Source: Minisyncoccota bacterium (GTDB taxonomy: Bacteria; Patescibacteriota; Minisyncoccia; JAHIHE01; JAGLIN01). From it: DNA of 64,000 nucleotides. The notes beneath the pieces were generated by a model. That model had not been told where the DNA came from and ran no database searches. It was given only the letters and a program-made list of their open reading frames with translations. This document shows positions 41,294-52,098 of the stretch, piece after piece (position 1 is the stretch's first letter; every line of letters starts with the position of its first letter). A program made the position numbers and the translations under genes. The stretch is taken from NCBI GenBank assembly GCA_041661265.1, contig JBAZUT010000002.1, positions 140,316-204,315 of the forward strand. The letters run 5' to 3'.

Positions 41294-41845
41294 TTATCTG
41301 AGATCATTAAGATATGACGTCAATGAATACAGTTCTTTTCCGCCTCGTTCCACTTTTACCGTTGCCTTCATGACGCCTACAGCAGGATAGCTTATATTAA
41401 CATACCGCTGAAAACCCGAATTATGCCATTCGCCGGACGACGTAATTTCCGTATCATATTCACACTGAATATATCCATTGATTTCTTTGGTCAATACCTG
41501 CATGCTTTGCGCGGTTTTATCCTTCAACTCAAACCCGTCCGTTATCTTTGCATTCTTGCACTGCCCATAGTTACTGGAATTTATCACCACAATGACCTTG
41601 TCTCCCTCCAAGAGCGCATCTGTGAGCGGAAAGTTAGCGTCATCGTCCCTTATCTTTCTCATTATTTCCATCCCATCCTGTGCAAGATAAACAGCATTAA
41701 GCCTTGCTTCAATATCTATTTCGTCTCTCAGTGATGACGTAAGTATGTTCACGATTGGTATGACACTGATCATGATCACCGAAATGCTTACCGCGATCTC
41801 CAGCAATCCGAATCCTTTTTTGTTTTTTATTATTTTTCCGATCAT
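41294..41845 (-). CDS. type IV pilin / pseudopilin-like protein
   Basis: Prepilin motif KKGFGLLEIAVSISVIMISV. Confidence 0.7.
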   Translation of the reverse strand: MIGKIIKNKKGFGLLEIAVSISVIMISVIPIVNILTSSLRDEIDIEARLNAVYLAQDGMEIMRKIRDDDANFPLTDALLEGDKVIVVINSSNYGQCKNAKITDGFELKDKTAQSMQVLTKEINGYIQCEYDTEITSSGEWHNSGFQRYVNISYPAVGVMKATVKVERGGKELYSLTSYLNDLR

Positions 41846-41849
41846 TGAT

Positions 41850-42431
41850 TTATTTTATCTGGCCCTGAGAATTAACCGTAACGGTCCTGCAGAACGTCGG
41901 ACAGCCTTCGGGACTTCTCAATATTTTGACCTCCAGGGTTGCCCCGCTGCCCTGCAGTGTTCCATTAAATGTCATATTCACCTTCCCGTAAGGCGGCCCA
42001 AACAGAATATCCGCATTCGGAAGATCAGAGACACCGTTCAGAGTTTCGATCGTAACACTTGGAGAAAGAACTATTGTTTCGACGATCTGGTCTTCGCCGG
42101 AAACATAAGCCTTGTTCAATACTGATGGAGAATTAAGAAATATGATATAGCCGGCGCCATCCCTTTCGAAATGGATCCCGTATCCGCCGGATATGTCATA
42201 ATCCTCGAATTTCTTTATATTTATCGAATAATTTTGAACTCTTCTTATGTCATCCGAAATCTTTTGGATCGCGAACTGCATCTCCTTGGTTTTTTTCTGG
42301 GAATTATAGTTATTCATGACCACAACCGACATTATCGAAATTATGACGATAACAAGCATCATCTCCAGCAACGTAAAACCATTCGAATTCCTCAGGGTAA
42401 ACTCTTTTTTGTTTAATTTCGGATCTGACAT
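41850..42431 (-). CDS. type IV pilin / pseudopilin (GFTLLE class III signal)
   Basis: Canonical NGFTLLEMMLVIVIISIMSV N-terminus. Confidence 0.75.
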   Translation of the reverse strand: MSDPKLNKKEFTLRNSNGFTLLEMMLVIVIISIMSVVVMNNYNSQKKTKEMQFAIQKISDDIRRVQNYSINIKKFEDYDISGGYGIHFERDGAGYIIFLNSPSVLNKAYVSGEDQIVETIVLSPSVTIETLNGVSDLPNADILFGPPYGKVNMTFNGTLQGSGATLEVKILRSPEGCPTFCRTVTVNSQGQIK

Positions 42432-42441
42432 ATTTTTTGTT

Positions 42442-43650
42442 TCAACTTAATGTGCTGGTCATTCCATAGATCGGCTGCAAGATCGACAATATGAATATCA
42501 GCACGCCGATCCCAAGAACAAATATCAAAACCGGTTCGATAAGCGCCATTATGCCTTCGATCGCAAGATCGATTTCTTTCTCATAGAAAGAAGATATATC
42601 CTGAAGTATCTTGCCGAACTGCCCGGACTTTTCTCCGATCCTCATCATTTTCGAAACCACAACGGGGAAATTATCGCTTCTTTCAAAAACATAAGATACT
42701 GACCCGCCGATCTTAACCTCATCGATACTGCTGAAGATCAATTCCTTGTATACATTATTCCCCACGATATTTCCGGTGATCTTGAGCGCATCAGTTATGG
42801 GTATTCCGCTTGCGATAAGCATGGACAGATTTCCCGCAAATCTTGAAACATAGACTTTTTGCAATATGGTTTTTATTTTGGGAATTTTCAAGATCATGGC
42901 ATCAAATATTTTTTTTCCATTGGGCGTGGATATATAGCTCTTCAAAAGATAAGCAAAACTAATGGAAAGGACAATGATCACAACAAGATAGTCCTGGAAG
43001 AACTTCGACAAGCTGATCAGAGCCTTCGTTGTGAACGGAAGCTCCTGTCCGGCTTTGTCGAACACTGAAACCAATTGAGGCATTACAAACACCATTACGC
43101 CGACACCGACAACTCCGAATCCCGCGATCACAACAACGGGATATATCATTGCATTCTTTAGTTTTGCGTTCAAATAGCTTTGCTTGTCCATATATGTCGA
43201 AAGGTGCACGAATGTTTCCTGCAATTTTCCCGAAGCTTCGCCCGCCCTGACGATATTGATATAAAAATCCGAAAAAAGATTCGGAGACTCCGCAAGCGCC
43301 GATGAAAAAGGCATGCCGTCATCCACTTTGCTCGCTATGCTGTATATCTGCTCTTTGAAATATTCATTCTCCTCCTGCCCATAGAGTATTCTGAGCGCTT
43401 CGACGAGAGGTATGCCGGATTCAAGCATAACAGCCAGCTCTTTCGAGAACATGATTATTTTCTCTCTTTTGACCTTATGAAGGAACGAGAACATTTTCCC
43501 GAGCGAAAGGTATTCCCTGACAGGCTTTATCGAAACAATAACGAGCTTATGCCTCTGCAGGATCTCAATGGCTTTTTCCTGGGTGGTGGCCTCGATCTTC
43601 CCCTCCTGCTGGTTCCCGCTGATCGTGATCGCCTTGAATTGAAATTTCAT
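42442..43650 (-). CDS. pilC: type IV pilus / type II secretion platform protein (GspF/PilC family)
   Basis: Two T2SS-F repeats (GIPLVEALRIL ... SGIPITDALKITG) and three TM segments. 402 aa. Confidence 0.85.
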   Translation of the reverse strand: MKFQFKAITISGNQQEGKIEATTQEKAIEILQRHKLVIVSIKPVREYLSLGKMFSFLHKVKREKIIMFSKELAVMLESGIPLVEALRILYGQEENEYFKEQIYSIASKVDDGMPFSSALAESPNLFSDFYINIVRAGEASGKLQETFVHLSTYMDKQSYLNAKLKNAMIYPVVVIAGFGVVGVGVMVFVMPQLVSVFDKAGQELPFTTKALISLSKFFQDYLVVIIVLSISFAYLLKSYISTPNGKKIFDAMILKIPKIKTILQKVYVSRFAGNLSMLIASGIPITDALKITGNIVGNNVYKELIFSSIDEVKIGGSVSYVFERSDNFPVVVSKMMRIGEKSGQFGKILQDISSFYEKEIDLAIEGIMALIEPVLIFVLGIGVLIFILSILQPIYGMTSTLS

Positions 43651-43705
43651 ATTTATATGATTATTCCGCTTTAAGCGCTATATACTATATTATAATAAAT
43701 TTACG

Positions 43706-44953
43706 TCAATTGTTCAACTTTTTCACCGCTGCATCCCTGATCTTATTGAAATTTTTCGCCACAATATATGCTATGACAATGAATATAACAAAAATCGCAG
43801 CTATCATGCCCGCCAATTTACTCTCCTTTTCGCCAATGATCTTTCTCTCGATCTTCACGGCAAGCTTCCCCTCATACGCATCGATTATTTTATCATCAGC
43901 TTTAATAACAGCTCTTACGTTCAGCGAGTTATCGTCCACAGGAACGCTCGAAACGACCTCAACCTCGAAATTGCCGCTTCTTATCTCGATCGGCCGGCTT
44001 TGCGTTTCCAGCGTTTGAAAAGTTCTGTCTTTCAGTTCGATGGTCAGCTGCGCATTCCTCGTCTCCCCCGCAGGAACAGACCCTTCGATTCCGATAATCA
44101 GTTTATTTTCCTTTCCGGGATAATACAATCCGTCCTTCGTTTCTATGTTCGATATCTTCGCATCCTTGTTTATAATCTTCCAGCTGAAACTTTCTATGCT
44201 GGATATGTTTTCTCCTTGATAAAGAAACTCCATTTCGGCGGCATAAACACCTTGCTGGCCGAGCTTCGGCATATCAACCCTGAACTTATCGTTCTTCCTG
44301 GAAAGCAATTCAACCTCGCTTCCAAAAAATTGATCCGACTCCGTCTTGGAAGGATCAATCCTCCACAAAGTTATTCTTGGAACCAAAACTACGCTGATAT
44401 CATTGGGATTATAAACATCCGCTTCGATCTCGGGAACATCTTCCGGATAATATTCTGGGATCTCTTTTACATCCAGCGCCTCTCCGTCCTTCAGGATATA
44501 GCTATTAGTCACGTTTACAAAAAAATTGTTCCCTTCTATTGATATCTCTTTTTCCTCCCAATTCAAAGCGAATCCGTCTTCCGAATATAACTGGATCTTC
44601 AGGACATATTCTCCAGTCCTGATATTGACCGGCAATCCGTATTCGATCTCTTGAATTATGTTTTTTTCCGGCTGGACCTGCTCCTTGACTTGAAACGTAA
44701 CCCGATCAAAAATCTTTCCGTCTTGGATCAAGGTAATTTCATAGCTCAGATCGGAACCTCCTTCAGAATTGTTCTGGATCAAAAAATTCCCCCTGACGAT
44801 ATCGCTATTTTTATATTCCGCTGACTCAAGTTTCAGTTCATTGATCGTGATATCGTTTCCGGCAGTTGCATATGCGAAAAAAAACGGTACAAAAAAACAG
44901 ATTACGGAAAGAACCGATGGTATTATTTTTATTTTGTGGAATTCGATATTCAT
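43706..44953 (-). CDS. hypothetical surface protein with N-terminal signal peptide and C-terminal TM anchor
   Basis: The internal start MNIEFHKIKIIPSVLSVICFFVPFFFAYATAG gives a signal peptide. The C-terminal helix MIAAIFVIFIVIAYIVA is followed by basic residues. The listed ORF extends to 45094. Confidence 0.55.
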   Translation of the reverse strand: MNIEFHKIKIIPSVLSVICFFVPFFFAYATAGNDITINELKLESAEYKNSDIVRGNFLIQNNSEGGSDLSYEITLIQDGKIFDRVTFQVKEQVQPEKNIIQEIEYGLPVNIRTGEYVLKIQLYSEDGFALNWEEKEISIEGNNFFVNVTNSYILKDGEALDVKEIPEYYPEDVPEIEADVYNPNDISVVLVPRITLWRIDPSKTESDQFFGSEVELLSRKNDKFRVDMPKLGQQGVYAAEMEFLYQGENISSIESFSWKIINKDAKISNIETKDGLYYPGKENKLIIGIEGSVPAGETRNAQLTIELKDRTFQTLETQSRPIEIRSGNFEVEVVSSVPVDDNSLNVRAVIKADDKIIDAYEGKLAVKIERKIIGEKESKLAGMIAAIFVIFIVIAYIVAKNFNKIRDAAVKKLNN

Positions 44954-45024
44954 AACGTTAGGCCGCATGGCGTTCTCGAAAGCGTACGGCGTTCTTTCAA
45001 AACTAAATTTGAGCGGCAAAGCTT

Positions 45025-47622
45025 TTAATCTTCCGGACAAACAGCTGCGACTGTGCTCAAGGCTCCGGCGTTGCTTACTGTGAGTCTGTGGCAAGCTCCA
45101 TCCGGAGATCTCATTATTAACCCCTTGCCCAATGTGCTGATCGAAACATCCCCGTCTGCCGTTATCAGCATTCTGTCACCATTGACGCCGCCGCTATCTG
45201 TAGTAATAAATCTATACTTATCGCTCGAAGGCCCGGCTACTGCAGGGCTCATGTTAAAGACAACATCGCCACCCGATCCGGGCCAAATTGGATAATCCGC
45301 GGACGTTCTGGCGATCAGAAATTCTCCGGCATCAGTACTGAATCTGATCCTAGTCTTCGCGCCCGAATTATTAGTGTTTTTGATCATGATGCTGCTGTCA
45401 TCCGCTCCGGTTAAATTTGATTCAATTTGCAGCCTGTCAGTTGGGCTTGATGTACCTATGCCCACCTTGCCATTCTCGTGAACTTTGAATATCGAATTAG
45501 TCGCCTGATCCTCTATATTCAAGTAAGCGAAACCCATGGCCGCATCTCTTTTTATATGTAGACCTTCCGTCGCGACAGCGCTTGACATCTTGACATCCAA
45601 AGTCGCATTCGGACGCACACCACTTGTGAAAGATCCTGCTCCGATCCTGCGATACTCGGAATCGATCGTCATTGCCAAAGGTCCGTCCGTAGATCCACCG
45701 ATGCTTTGATTGCCGAAAATCATGAGATTGTTTTTTCCTGCCACATCAATGTGTCTGAAAGCAAAAACGGAATCCACCCCCCCTCCCACGATCACATCAG
45801 CACTGGGCATAGAGAGTCCGGCATAATTCGGCGGTGTTTCAGCGCCTTCCGTCGTTCCGCTGATTTTCAAACTTCCATTGACTTCAAGAGTTGATTTGGG
45901 ATCCATTGTCCCGATGCCGACATTGCCGTTATTTTTTATGGTCATCCGCTCAACAGGCGCATCTGTTCCGTCAAGTGTGGTTGAAAACATCAATCTGCCC
46001 GGCACATCATTGTTCCCGGTCGCGCCATCAATCTGAGCTTGTATTGATGCGCTTGCCCGGCCGCCGGAATTTGGCCATTCGTCGCCGTCATATGCCTTGA
46101 ATCGAATACCTCCAATATAATCTCCATTTTGAACTGTAGCCGGAATTCCCGGGCCCGCTCCTTCTCTTGCCCGATAAATATCATAATCCGGTCCGGACGT
46201 TCCAACTGCACTGTTTATTTCATAATGCGCAACATCTCCTCCGCCGATCGTGAGCTTTTCTTTTGGAGCCGAAGCTGGAAATAAAGTCCCTATACCCACG
46301 CTCCCCGAATTGCTGTTATACATGTCCGTTCCGCTAAGAGTCCACTGTCCGCCTGCACCGCCGCTAATGCAATCCGTCCAAGTCCCATTTTGGTAGCACT
46401 GAAATTTATTAGACGTTGAGTCATAATACATCGTCCCGTTTGAAGGTGCAGCGGGCACAGCGGATGGTCTCATTTTTATAGCACCATTCACATCGAGTTT
46501 CTGGCTCGGATCAGGCGCGCCGATTCCGACATTGCCGAAGTCGGGGTTAAGGATCAAATTAAGACCCGGCCCGCTCAGGGCGCCGCTATTATCAAACTGT
46601 CCAGACTGAATACTGCCGAATGAATCATCGTTCTTTGCTCCCAATGTTAATCCGTATCCGAAAGATCCTACGCCATTGGCTTTATTATTATAGAATGCAG
46701 CCGTGTGCATAGTCGGACCCGTGGCATTTCCATGAACAGAAAGCATCCTGTCGGTTGTGTTTTGCGCAGCACCACCATCTGAAACTTCGAGCTTGGATCC
46801 TGGAGCTAGCGTCCCAATTCCGACTCTGGCGTTTCTTGTGTCTATGACCATGGTATTTGGTGTGCCTACATTCTCCTTGTGATTTCCGAAAATAAACATG
46901 CTGCTGGGCTTGGTAGCGATATCTTCTTGCCTGAATTTGAATATTCCATCAGTCCCGCCTCCGAGAAGCATATCCATATTGGGAATATATATGCCTCCTA
47001 TGCCTTCATAATCGCTTAAGAAACTGACCGAGCCGCTCGTAGTCAATGCACCTGTGGTCTTTATGCCATTAGGATGTATGATATATTTAAAATTTCCATT
47101 CCAATTCGCTTTCTGGTCTATCCTAACTTGAGTAACAGGAGGAACACCTATCAAAGATGTCACCGTACGAACATCATCATAGGGAGTCGCTCCGCCGAAG
47201 TGGAAAATCAATTGACTGACACCCGGGACCATGTTGTTGAAATTGTCGCCTGATATCGTCACGGTGTCCGTATATCCGCCAGTGCTGATTGTTGCCGCTC
47301 CGCCATCCACAGCCGCATCACCGATCACGTCCAGTTTTGAGTCCGGTGTCAGCGTTCCGATCCCCACATTGCCGGCAGCAACGGAAAGCCCGTTCGGCCA
47401 GCCTGCCGTGTTCAAGATGAGCCCTCCTCCCTTGGTCTGTCCGGCATTGCCTACATTAAGCGGAGCATCGCATCCGGGATATCCAGCCGGACAATCGGGA
47501 GGATCGGCGGGAGCGGGAGACCAGGCGATGACCGTATAGCCAAACGCCATAATGCATATGGCAACGCTAAGAAGAACGGAAGCTATTCTTGTTTTTTCAA
47601 AATTTTTTTTCACGATTGGCAT
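45025..47622 (-). CDS. Gly-rich fibre-like surface protein (865 aa) with reiterated N-V-G-I-G-T-x-x-P-x-S-K-L-x-V motifs
   Basis: N-terminal TM/signal. Contains PLNVGNAGQTKGGGLILN...GNVGIGTLTPDSKLDV, then further repeats of (G)NVGIGT..P.SKLEV, and ends in a Cys pair. Paralogous to the 464-aa protein at 52099..53493. Confidence 0.75.
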   Translation of the reverse strand: MPIVKKNFEKTRIASVLLSVAICIMAFGYTVIAWSPAPADPPDCPAGYPGCDAPLNVGNAGQTKGGGLILNTAGWPNGLSVAAGNVGIGTLTPDSKLDVIGDAAVDGGAATISTGGYTDTVTISGDNFNNMVPGVSQLIFHFGGATPYDDVRTVTSLIGVPPVTQVRIDQKANWNGNFKYIIHPNGIKTTGALTTSGSVSFLSDYEGIGGIYIPNMDMLLGGGTDGIFKFRQEDIATKPSSMFIFGNHKENVGTPNTMVIDTRNARVGIGTLAPGSKLEVSDGGAAQNTTDRMLSVHGNATGPTMHTAAFYNNKANGVGSFGYGLTLGAKNDDSFGSIQSGQFDNSGALSGPGLNLILNPDFGNVGIGAPDPSQKLDVNGAIKMRPSAVPAAPSNGTMYYDSTSNKFQCYQNGTWTDCISGGAGGQWTLSGTDMYNSNSGSVGIGTLFPASAPKEKLTIGGGDVAHYEINSAVGTSGPDYDIYRAREGAGPGIPATVQNGDYIGGIRFKAYDGDEWPNSGGRASASIQAQIDGATGNNDVPGRLMFSTTLDGTDAPVERMTIKNNGNVGIGTMDPKSTLEVNGSLKISGTTEGAETPPNYAGLSMPSADVIVGGGVDSVFAFRHIDVAGKNNLMIFGNQSIGGSTDGPLAMTIDSEYRRIGAGSFTSGVRPNATLDVKMSSAVATEGLHIKRDAAMGFAYLNIEDQATNSIFKVHENGKVGIGTSSPTDRLQIESNLTGADDSSIMIKNTNNSGAKTRIRFSTDAGEFLIARTSADYPIWPGSGGDVVFNMSPAVAGPSSDKYRFITTDSGGVNGDRMLITADGDVSISTLGKGLIMRSPDGACHRLTVSNAGALSTVAAVCPED

Positions 47623-47650
47623 AGTGTTTATTTAAAATTATTATAATGGA

Positions 47651-47968
47651 CTATCTATTGGTTCCATAGGAATCAAGTATTTCCTTCGGGATCACTACTT
47701 CATTTTTGGGGTCCGGTGCGACCGCGCCATCAGGACCATATGCCTCCAGCACTTCTTTAGACGGAACGATCTCCGGTTTCTTTTTTAATGATTCATCGTC
47801 AGATGGTCCATAGCTGTCATACACATCCCGCATAGTTCTTTTAGGCTGATCCGGCTGTTCGGGCGTCTCGGGTTTTACGTTCAGCAAAACATAGCATACA
47901 GCAACAATGAACACCAGAAAAACGGCAAACACCGCATAGATCAATTTTTTATCGTATTTAACCTGCAT
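47651..47968 (-). CDS. small single-pass membrane protein (105 aa), paralogue of the gene at 53519..53860
   Basis: TM helix LIYAVFAVFLVFIVAVCYVLL and a Pro/Glu/Lys-rich ectodomain. Shares the motif VIPKEILDSYG / EIPKELIDSVT with its paralogue. Confidence 0.6.
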   Translation of the reverse strand: MQVKYDKKLIYAVFAVFLVFIVAVCYVLLNVKPETPEQPDQPKRTMRDVYDSYGPSDDESLKKKPEIVPSKEVLEAYGPDGAVAPDPKNEVVIPKEILDSYGTNR

Positions 47969-47987
47969 TTTTTTATATTTATAATGA

Positions 47988-50900
47988 CTAAGGGGCCGCC
48001 TCGTTCCATTTTGGCTTATTACTCATGATATTTACGTCTTTTTGCTTGTCCCTGTCATGCGCCCAGCACTCTATCCCGCCGGAGTCTCTCACTCTAAGAT
48101 CAACTCGATAAACATTCGGCGTCGGATATGAGTATGTTTCCGTGTATCCGGGAGGAGGAGTTATCGCCTCGGCATCGGGCGTCACAGGGTTCGTTGCATA
48201 ATCAAAGAACCACTGATATCTGTCGATCGTATATGGCGGATCATCCGACCAGGACAATGAGGGATCAAAAACTATAGGCATGAACAGGAGTATGTTGCCG
48301 GCAGGAGCATATGTGAATTCCGCCCTGGGATATTGATGATCGGGAGAAGGATTCGGACTTCCAAGTTCATCCACACTGTCGGGAAACGGATCTCCGATCA
48401 TAAAATCTCCTTCGTTTATATTATTGTCGCTGTCGTAAACCCTAAGTTTCCAAATATATGTGAATCCTCCGTAATCTATAAAATTCGCGCCGCACAATGC
48501 CACTGAATTTATTTCGGTTCCCAAAAGATTGGTGGCATTATCATTCTTCTTGCCGGGTTTGCATTCAGCGACAAAATTTCCGATGCTATCGTATTTCGTA
48601 AGTTCGATCTCATAGGCCGACTGCATTCCATAGCCGTCTTCGGCATCGTTATACTCCCACCTCAGCGACACCGCTCCGGGCAGATCTTTCTTGCAATAAT
48701 CAATGCCCATCTGGCCGAATATCCATAAAGCCGGTTTATTGTCGCCTATCCTGATCTTTACGCCATCAAAGCTTATCCAGCCTCCGACAAGTCCCGACCA
48801 ACCCCATCCCGAAAGATCGCTTCCCGCCAGCACAACTTTATAGTTTGAAGTGCCGCAGCTGGCATCATTGATGCAATTCAAGGAGATCCATCCGTCCCAC
48901 CCTCCTCTTTCCTCGGGCGGACGAAGTGGTCCTGTACAATTATTTGCAAAAACGCTGCAAGCTCTGGCCCAGCCTTTAAATTCATTTCCGTCCAAGCGTG
49001 CCTGACAATTGCCCCCGTTTGGACATTCGGTCAGAATGAATGGCGGAGTAACAACATCTTTGATATCCGGCCAGTTGAAACTGACCCAGCCGAAATTCTC
49101 TCCCCAGGCATAACCCGAAAGATCATTAGTGCTTGTGCTAATTCTCGCTCCATAAGGGAAAGCGGTTCCCAAAGAAGGACAATTCGCCGGAGCGGCGCCT
49201 CCGTCCTCCAAAGCTCCTTCAAAAGTTCCATCGCCGTCAGTATCGCAATCCTTGCTGCTGAAACTTATCCATCCGATCGTATCACTCCAGCCAAACCCAT
49301 AAAGATTCGAATATTCTGCCGCCGGAATTACTGTCAATTTAAAAGTTTTCTCTTTGTTGGCAAGTCCCGCACTTTGGCCGGTTATTTTTATGATATAATC
49401 GCCTGTCGGAGTGCTCGGATCGATATCTATATCAAACGTGCGGGTGCAGTCCGGCTGGCAAACATTGCCTACCGACCAGCTTATGCCGATCAGAGGCTCG
49501 GAAGGGCTTATACTATAGGAAAGAAGGACGTCTTGCGCCGGCGCCTGGACCAAATTAATAACGGCACCCCTTGTTGCTGACGCTCCCGTCGTCAGAACCA
49601 TGTCCGACATATCCGATATTTCATAGTTGAAAAATGTTCCTATAGTGATCATGCCTGAATAGTCGCTTACTCCGTCGGAAGCCACGCCATAAACATAGTA
49701 ATTTCCGGGAACAATGCCAGCCGTATTCCAGTTACATATTGCCCCTGCGCTCTCCGGAACAGATCCACAGAGTGCGATTGCGCCCACGTAACCATTTGCA
49801 TTATTCATATCGTTATCATAATACAAAGCTGCGGTAGCTATATCATCCGGATCAATTAAAGAATAATTGATCCCAAAAACATCTCCCTGTGCCACTGAAT
49901 CGCCGTTTGGCGATGTTATATTGAGAATGGAGGGAATGTCAGCTGAAATTTCTTCCGCTCCGATACAGACTCCCGGTTCAGGCGAGGCATATTTGCTTCT
50001 GAGATAGTATCTGCTAATTTCACCTGCGGAAAGCGCACGGTCATAGAGGCGAACTTCATCCATCTCGCCATCAAACACCTCCCCCGGGTGCTCAGAGCCG
50101 AACACAGCACTATTTCCTATATAATATTGGGTCGTTCCGGAAGATGAATTATTGAAAAAGAATTTGCTGGCTGCGTTTCCCGCGTCATAATTAACAACAG
50201 CCTGCTTTACGCCATCAAGATAGAACTCATTTCCTGAGCCGGAAACGACATATGCAACAAGATGCCAATTGGTCGGATTAGATACCTGGACATAACCGTC
50301 AAATTCCGCATTACAATCGCCATTAGCGCTTCCCCAAACCTCAAAATAAGTCGTGCCAGCAACAGTAGTCATGGCTATTTCAAACGGATACGTGCAATTT
50401 CCCGAATCCGCTGTAAATATCGAGTCAAAACCAGATGCTCCGGCATTGGCCTTGACCCACGCCATAAAAGTTCCGGAGGTCAGTCCATCAAAGACGTTGT
50501 CTGGCGAAATGGATACATAATCATTTGTTCCGTCAAAGCTGAGTGAATTTCCGGCAGAAAACTGCAGATTACGGCTGTCCCATTGACCTCCATCCGAGGA
50601 AGTCCGGATAGGATTGTCGGGTGCACCGCCCATTGTTCCGCCGTTTCCACTACCCGAACTGTCCGAAACTGTCGCACCTGCCGCTTCATCCATATGCCAA
50701 AGTCCCACAAGTCCGGACTCCGCGTAGTCTTTTGTGAAAGTGTTGTCATAACTGCCGACGCTTGATGCAGCCGCATTTCCATAGTACATATATATCGTAT
50801 CGGTTGCAAAAGCAGGTACGTTTGGAACCTTTACCCAAAAATCGGCTGTTGAAGAATCAGTTTTGCTTTCAAGCCAGTAATAGATCGGGGTCGATCCATC

Positions 50901-51482
50901 CGAAGATGTAAATCTGATATCGTCAAAATCCGATTGCATATCTGCATCATATGCAATTGTCACTTTTATCTGATGATCAACAAGATTCGATCCTGAATTC
51001 TCGGAAATGATTATCGGTTTCCTCTTTGTCCAATTAGAATCAAGCCATGATCCTCCTCCGGTCTTAAGACAACCCAGGCCAACCGGAATAGCACTTGCCT
51101 CATCAGACTGTGGACCTTCGCCAATCAAATTAACGGCTGACACTTTGTAAAAATATGCAGTGCCATTGGCAAGACCAGAGTCAGTGCAGATTGTTGTATT
51201 TCCAAGACTTGAACAGCCTCCCAAAGCAAGCAATGAATATGAACCATTAGTCGGGCTGCTACGATAAACTCTGTAATTTGTGATCGCAGAACCGCCATTG
51301 TCCGGCGCGGTCCAAGATAAAGATATTTGAGTATTGCCGGAAGTAGCATTCAAACCGGCTACTTGAGCGGGAGCAGATGCGGCACCTGCATAATAGACAT
51401 ATTCAAAACACAATAAAACAGCAGCAACAATAATTATTGCCGGAATATATTTTTTATTTTTTAATGCCAAACCTACTGGCAT
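47988..51482 (-). CDS. giant secreted surface protein (1164 aa): FN3 domain, LamG domain, C-terminal GW-rich repeats; C-terminal tail ...SNKPKWNEAAP
   Basis: Signal/TM IPAIIIVAAVLLCF. The FN3 block (ISLSWTAPDNGGSAITNYRVYRSSPTNGSYSLL...YFYKVSAVNLIGEGPQSDEASAIPV) is ~75% identical to an FN3 in the 2848-aa ORF. LamG block LSFDGTNDYVSIS...MDEVRLYDRALSAGEI. The C-terminal GWISF/GWVSF repeat region is homologous to the C-terminus of the 2848-aa ORF. Confidence 0.85.
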   Translation of the reverse strand: MPVGLALKNKKYIPAIIIVAAVLLCFEYVYYAGAASAPAQVAGLNATSGNTQISLSWTAPDNGGSAITNYRVYRSSPTNGSYSLLALGGCSSLGNTTICTDSGLANGTAYFYKVSAVNLIGEGPQSDEASAIPVGLGCLKTGGGSWLDSNWTKRKPIIISENSGSNLVDHQIKVTIAYDADMQSDFDDIRFTSSDGSTPIYYWLESKTDSSTADFWVKVPNVPAFATDTIYMYYGNAAASSVGSYDNTFTKDYAESGLVGLWHMDEAAGATVSDSSGSGNGGTMGGAPDNPIRTSSDGGQWDSRNLQFSAGNSLSFDGTNDYVSISPDNVFDGLTSGTFMAWVKANAGASGFDSIFTADSGNCTYPFEIAMTTVAGTTYFEVWGSANGDCNAEFDGYVQVSNPTNWHLVAYVVSGSGNEFYLDGVKQAVVNYDAGNAASKFFFNNSSSGTTQYYIGNSAVFGSEHPGEVFDGEMDEVRLYDRALSAGEISRYYLRSKYASPEPGVCIGAEEISADIPSILNITSPNGDSVAQGDVFGINYSLIDPDDIATAALYYDNDMNNANGYVGAIALCGSVPESAGAICNWNTAGIVPGNYYVYGVASDGVSDYSGMITIGTFFNYEISDMSDMVLTTGASATRGAVINLVQAPAQDVLLSYSISPSEPLIGISWSVGNVCQPDCTRTFDIDIDPSTPTGDYIIKITGQSAGLANKEKTFKLTVIPAAEYSNLYGFGWSDTIGWISFSSKDCDTDGDGTFEGALEDGGAAPANCPSLGTAFPYGARISTSTNDLSGYAWGENFGWVSFNWPDIKDVVTPPFILTECPNGGNCQARLDGNEFKGWARACSVFANNCTGPLRPPEERGGWDGWISLNCINDASCGTSNYKVVLAGSDLSGWGWSGLVGGWISFDGVKIRIGDNKPALWIFGQMGIDYCKKDLPGAVSLRWEYNDAEDGYGMQSAYEIELTKYDSIGNFVAECKPGKKNDNATNLLGTEINSVALCGANFIDYGGFTYIWKLRVYDSDNNINEGDFMIGDPFPDSVDELGSPNPSPDHQYPRAEFTYAPAGNILLFMPIVFDPSLSWSDDPPYTIDRYQWFFDYATNPVTPDAEAITPPPGYTETYSYPTPNVYRVDLRVRDSGGIECWAHDRDKQKDVNIMSNKPKWNEAAP

Positions 51483-51564
51483 GGATAATTTTATTTTTGT
51501 TTATTGTTCTTTCCAAATCCTATTTACGAAAGACAGATATTCCCACACCCCATGCCGGACAAAT

Positions 51565-51858
51565 TTATTTTGTCGCGCCATCAGCCGGGGCCGGATCCTG
51601 CTTCAGACAGCTGACACTTATCAGCTGGACCTGCTCTTTGTCATTGTAAATGGAGAATGGATCGCATTTTTCGTTTTTAGCCTGGGAGATCGCCGCATTT
51701 ATCATGTCGGTCTTGCCCTGCTGGTATCCCGATTGCAACGCAGCGCTCAACTGCTCTTTTTTGAAATCATCCCAAATATCTATAGCGACATATACAACAG
51801 AAAAAAGAATCCAAAAACTGACTGCGACCAAACTGACGGCTTTTTTGTCTATCTTCAT
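51565..51858 (-). CDS. small single-pass membrane protein (97 aa)
   Basis: TM helix AVSLVAVSFWILFSVVYVAI. Confidence 0.45.
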   Translation of the reverse strand: MKIDKKAVSLVAVSFWILFSVVYVAIDIWDDFKKEQLSAALQSGYQQGKTDMINAAISQAKNEKCDPFSIYNDKEQVQLISVSCLKQDPAPADGATK

Positions 51859-52098
51859 TGCTTTATTTATTTATTTAGCTAATCTTTGCATACTGCATCA
51901 ATTACAACACTTATAGTATAACACATTTCACGCATTATTACACAACAAAATATCGTATCAAAAAATTATCTATTTATCATGTTTCAATGCCCTCAATTTC
52001 CTTTTGCTTATTTCTGTCATTTCCCGCTATTCCTGAATTGCCTTTGTAGGATATGGGATGATTTCGTCTGTTTTCATTTCCAACATTTCATCCTCTCT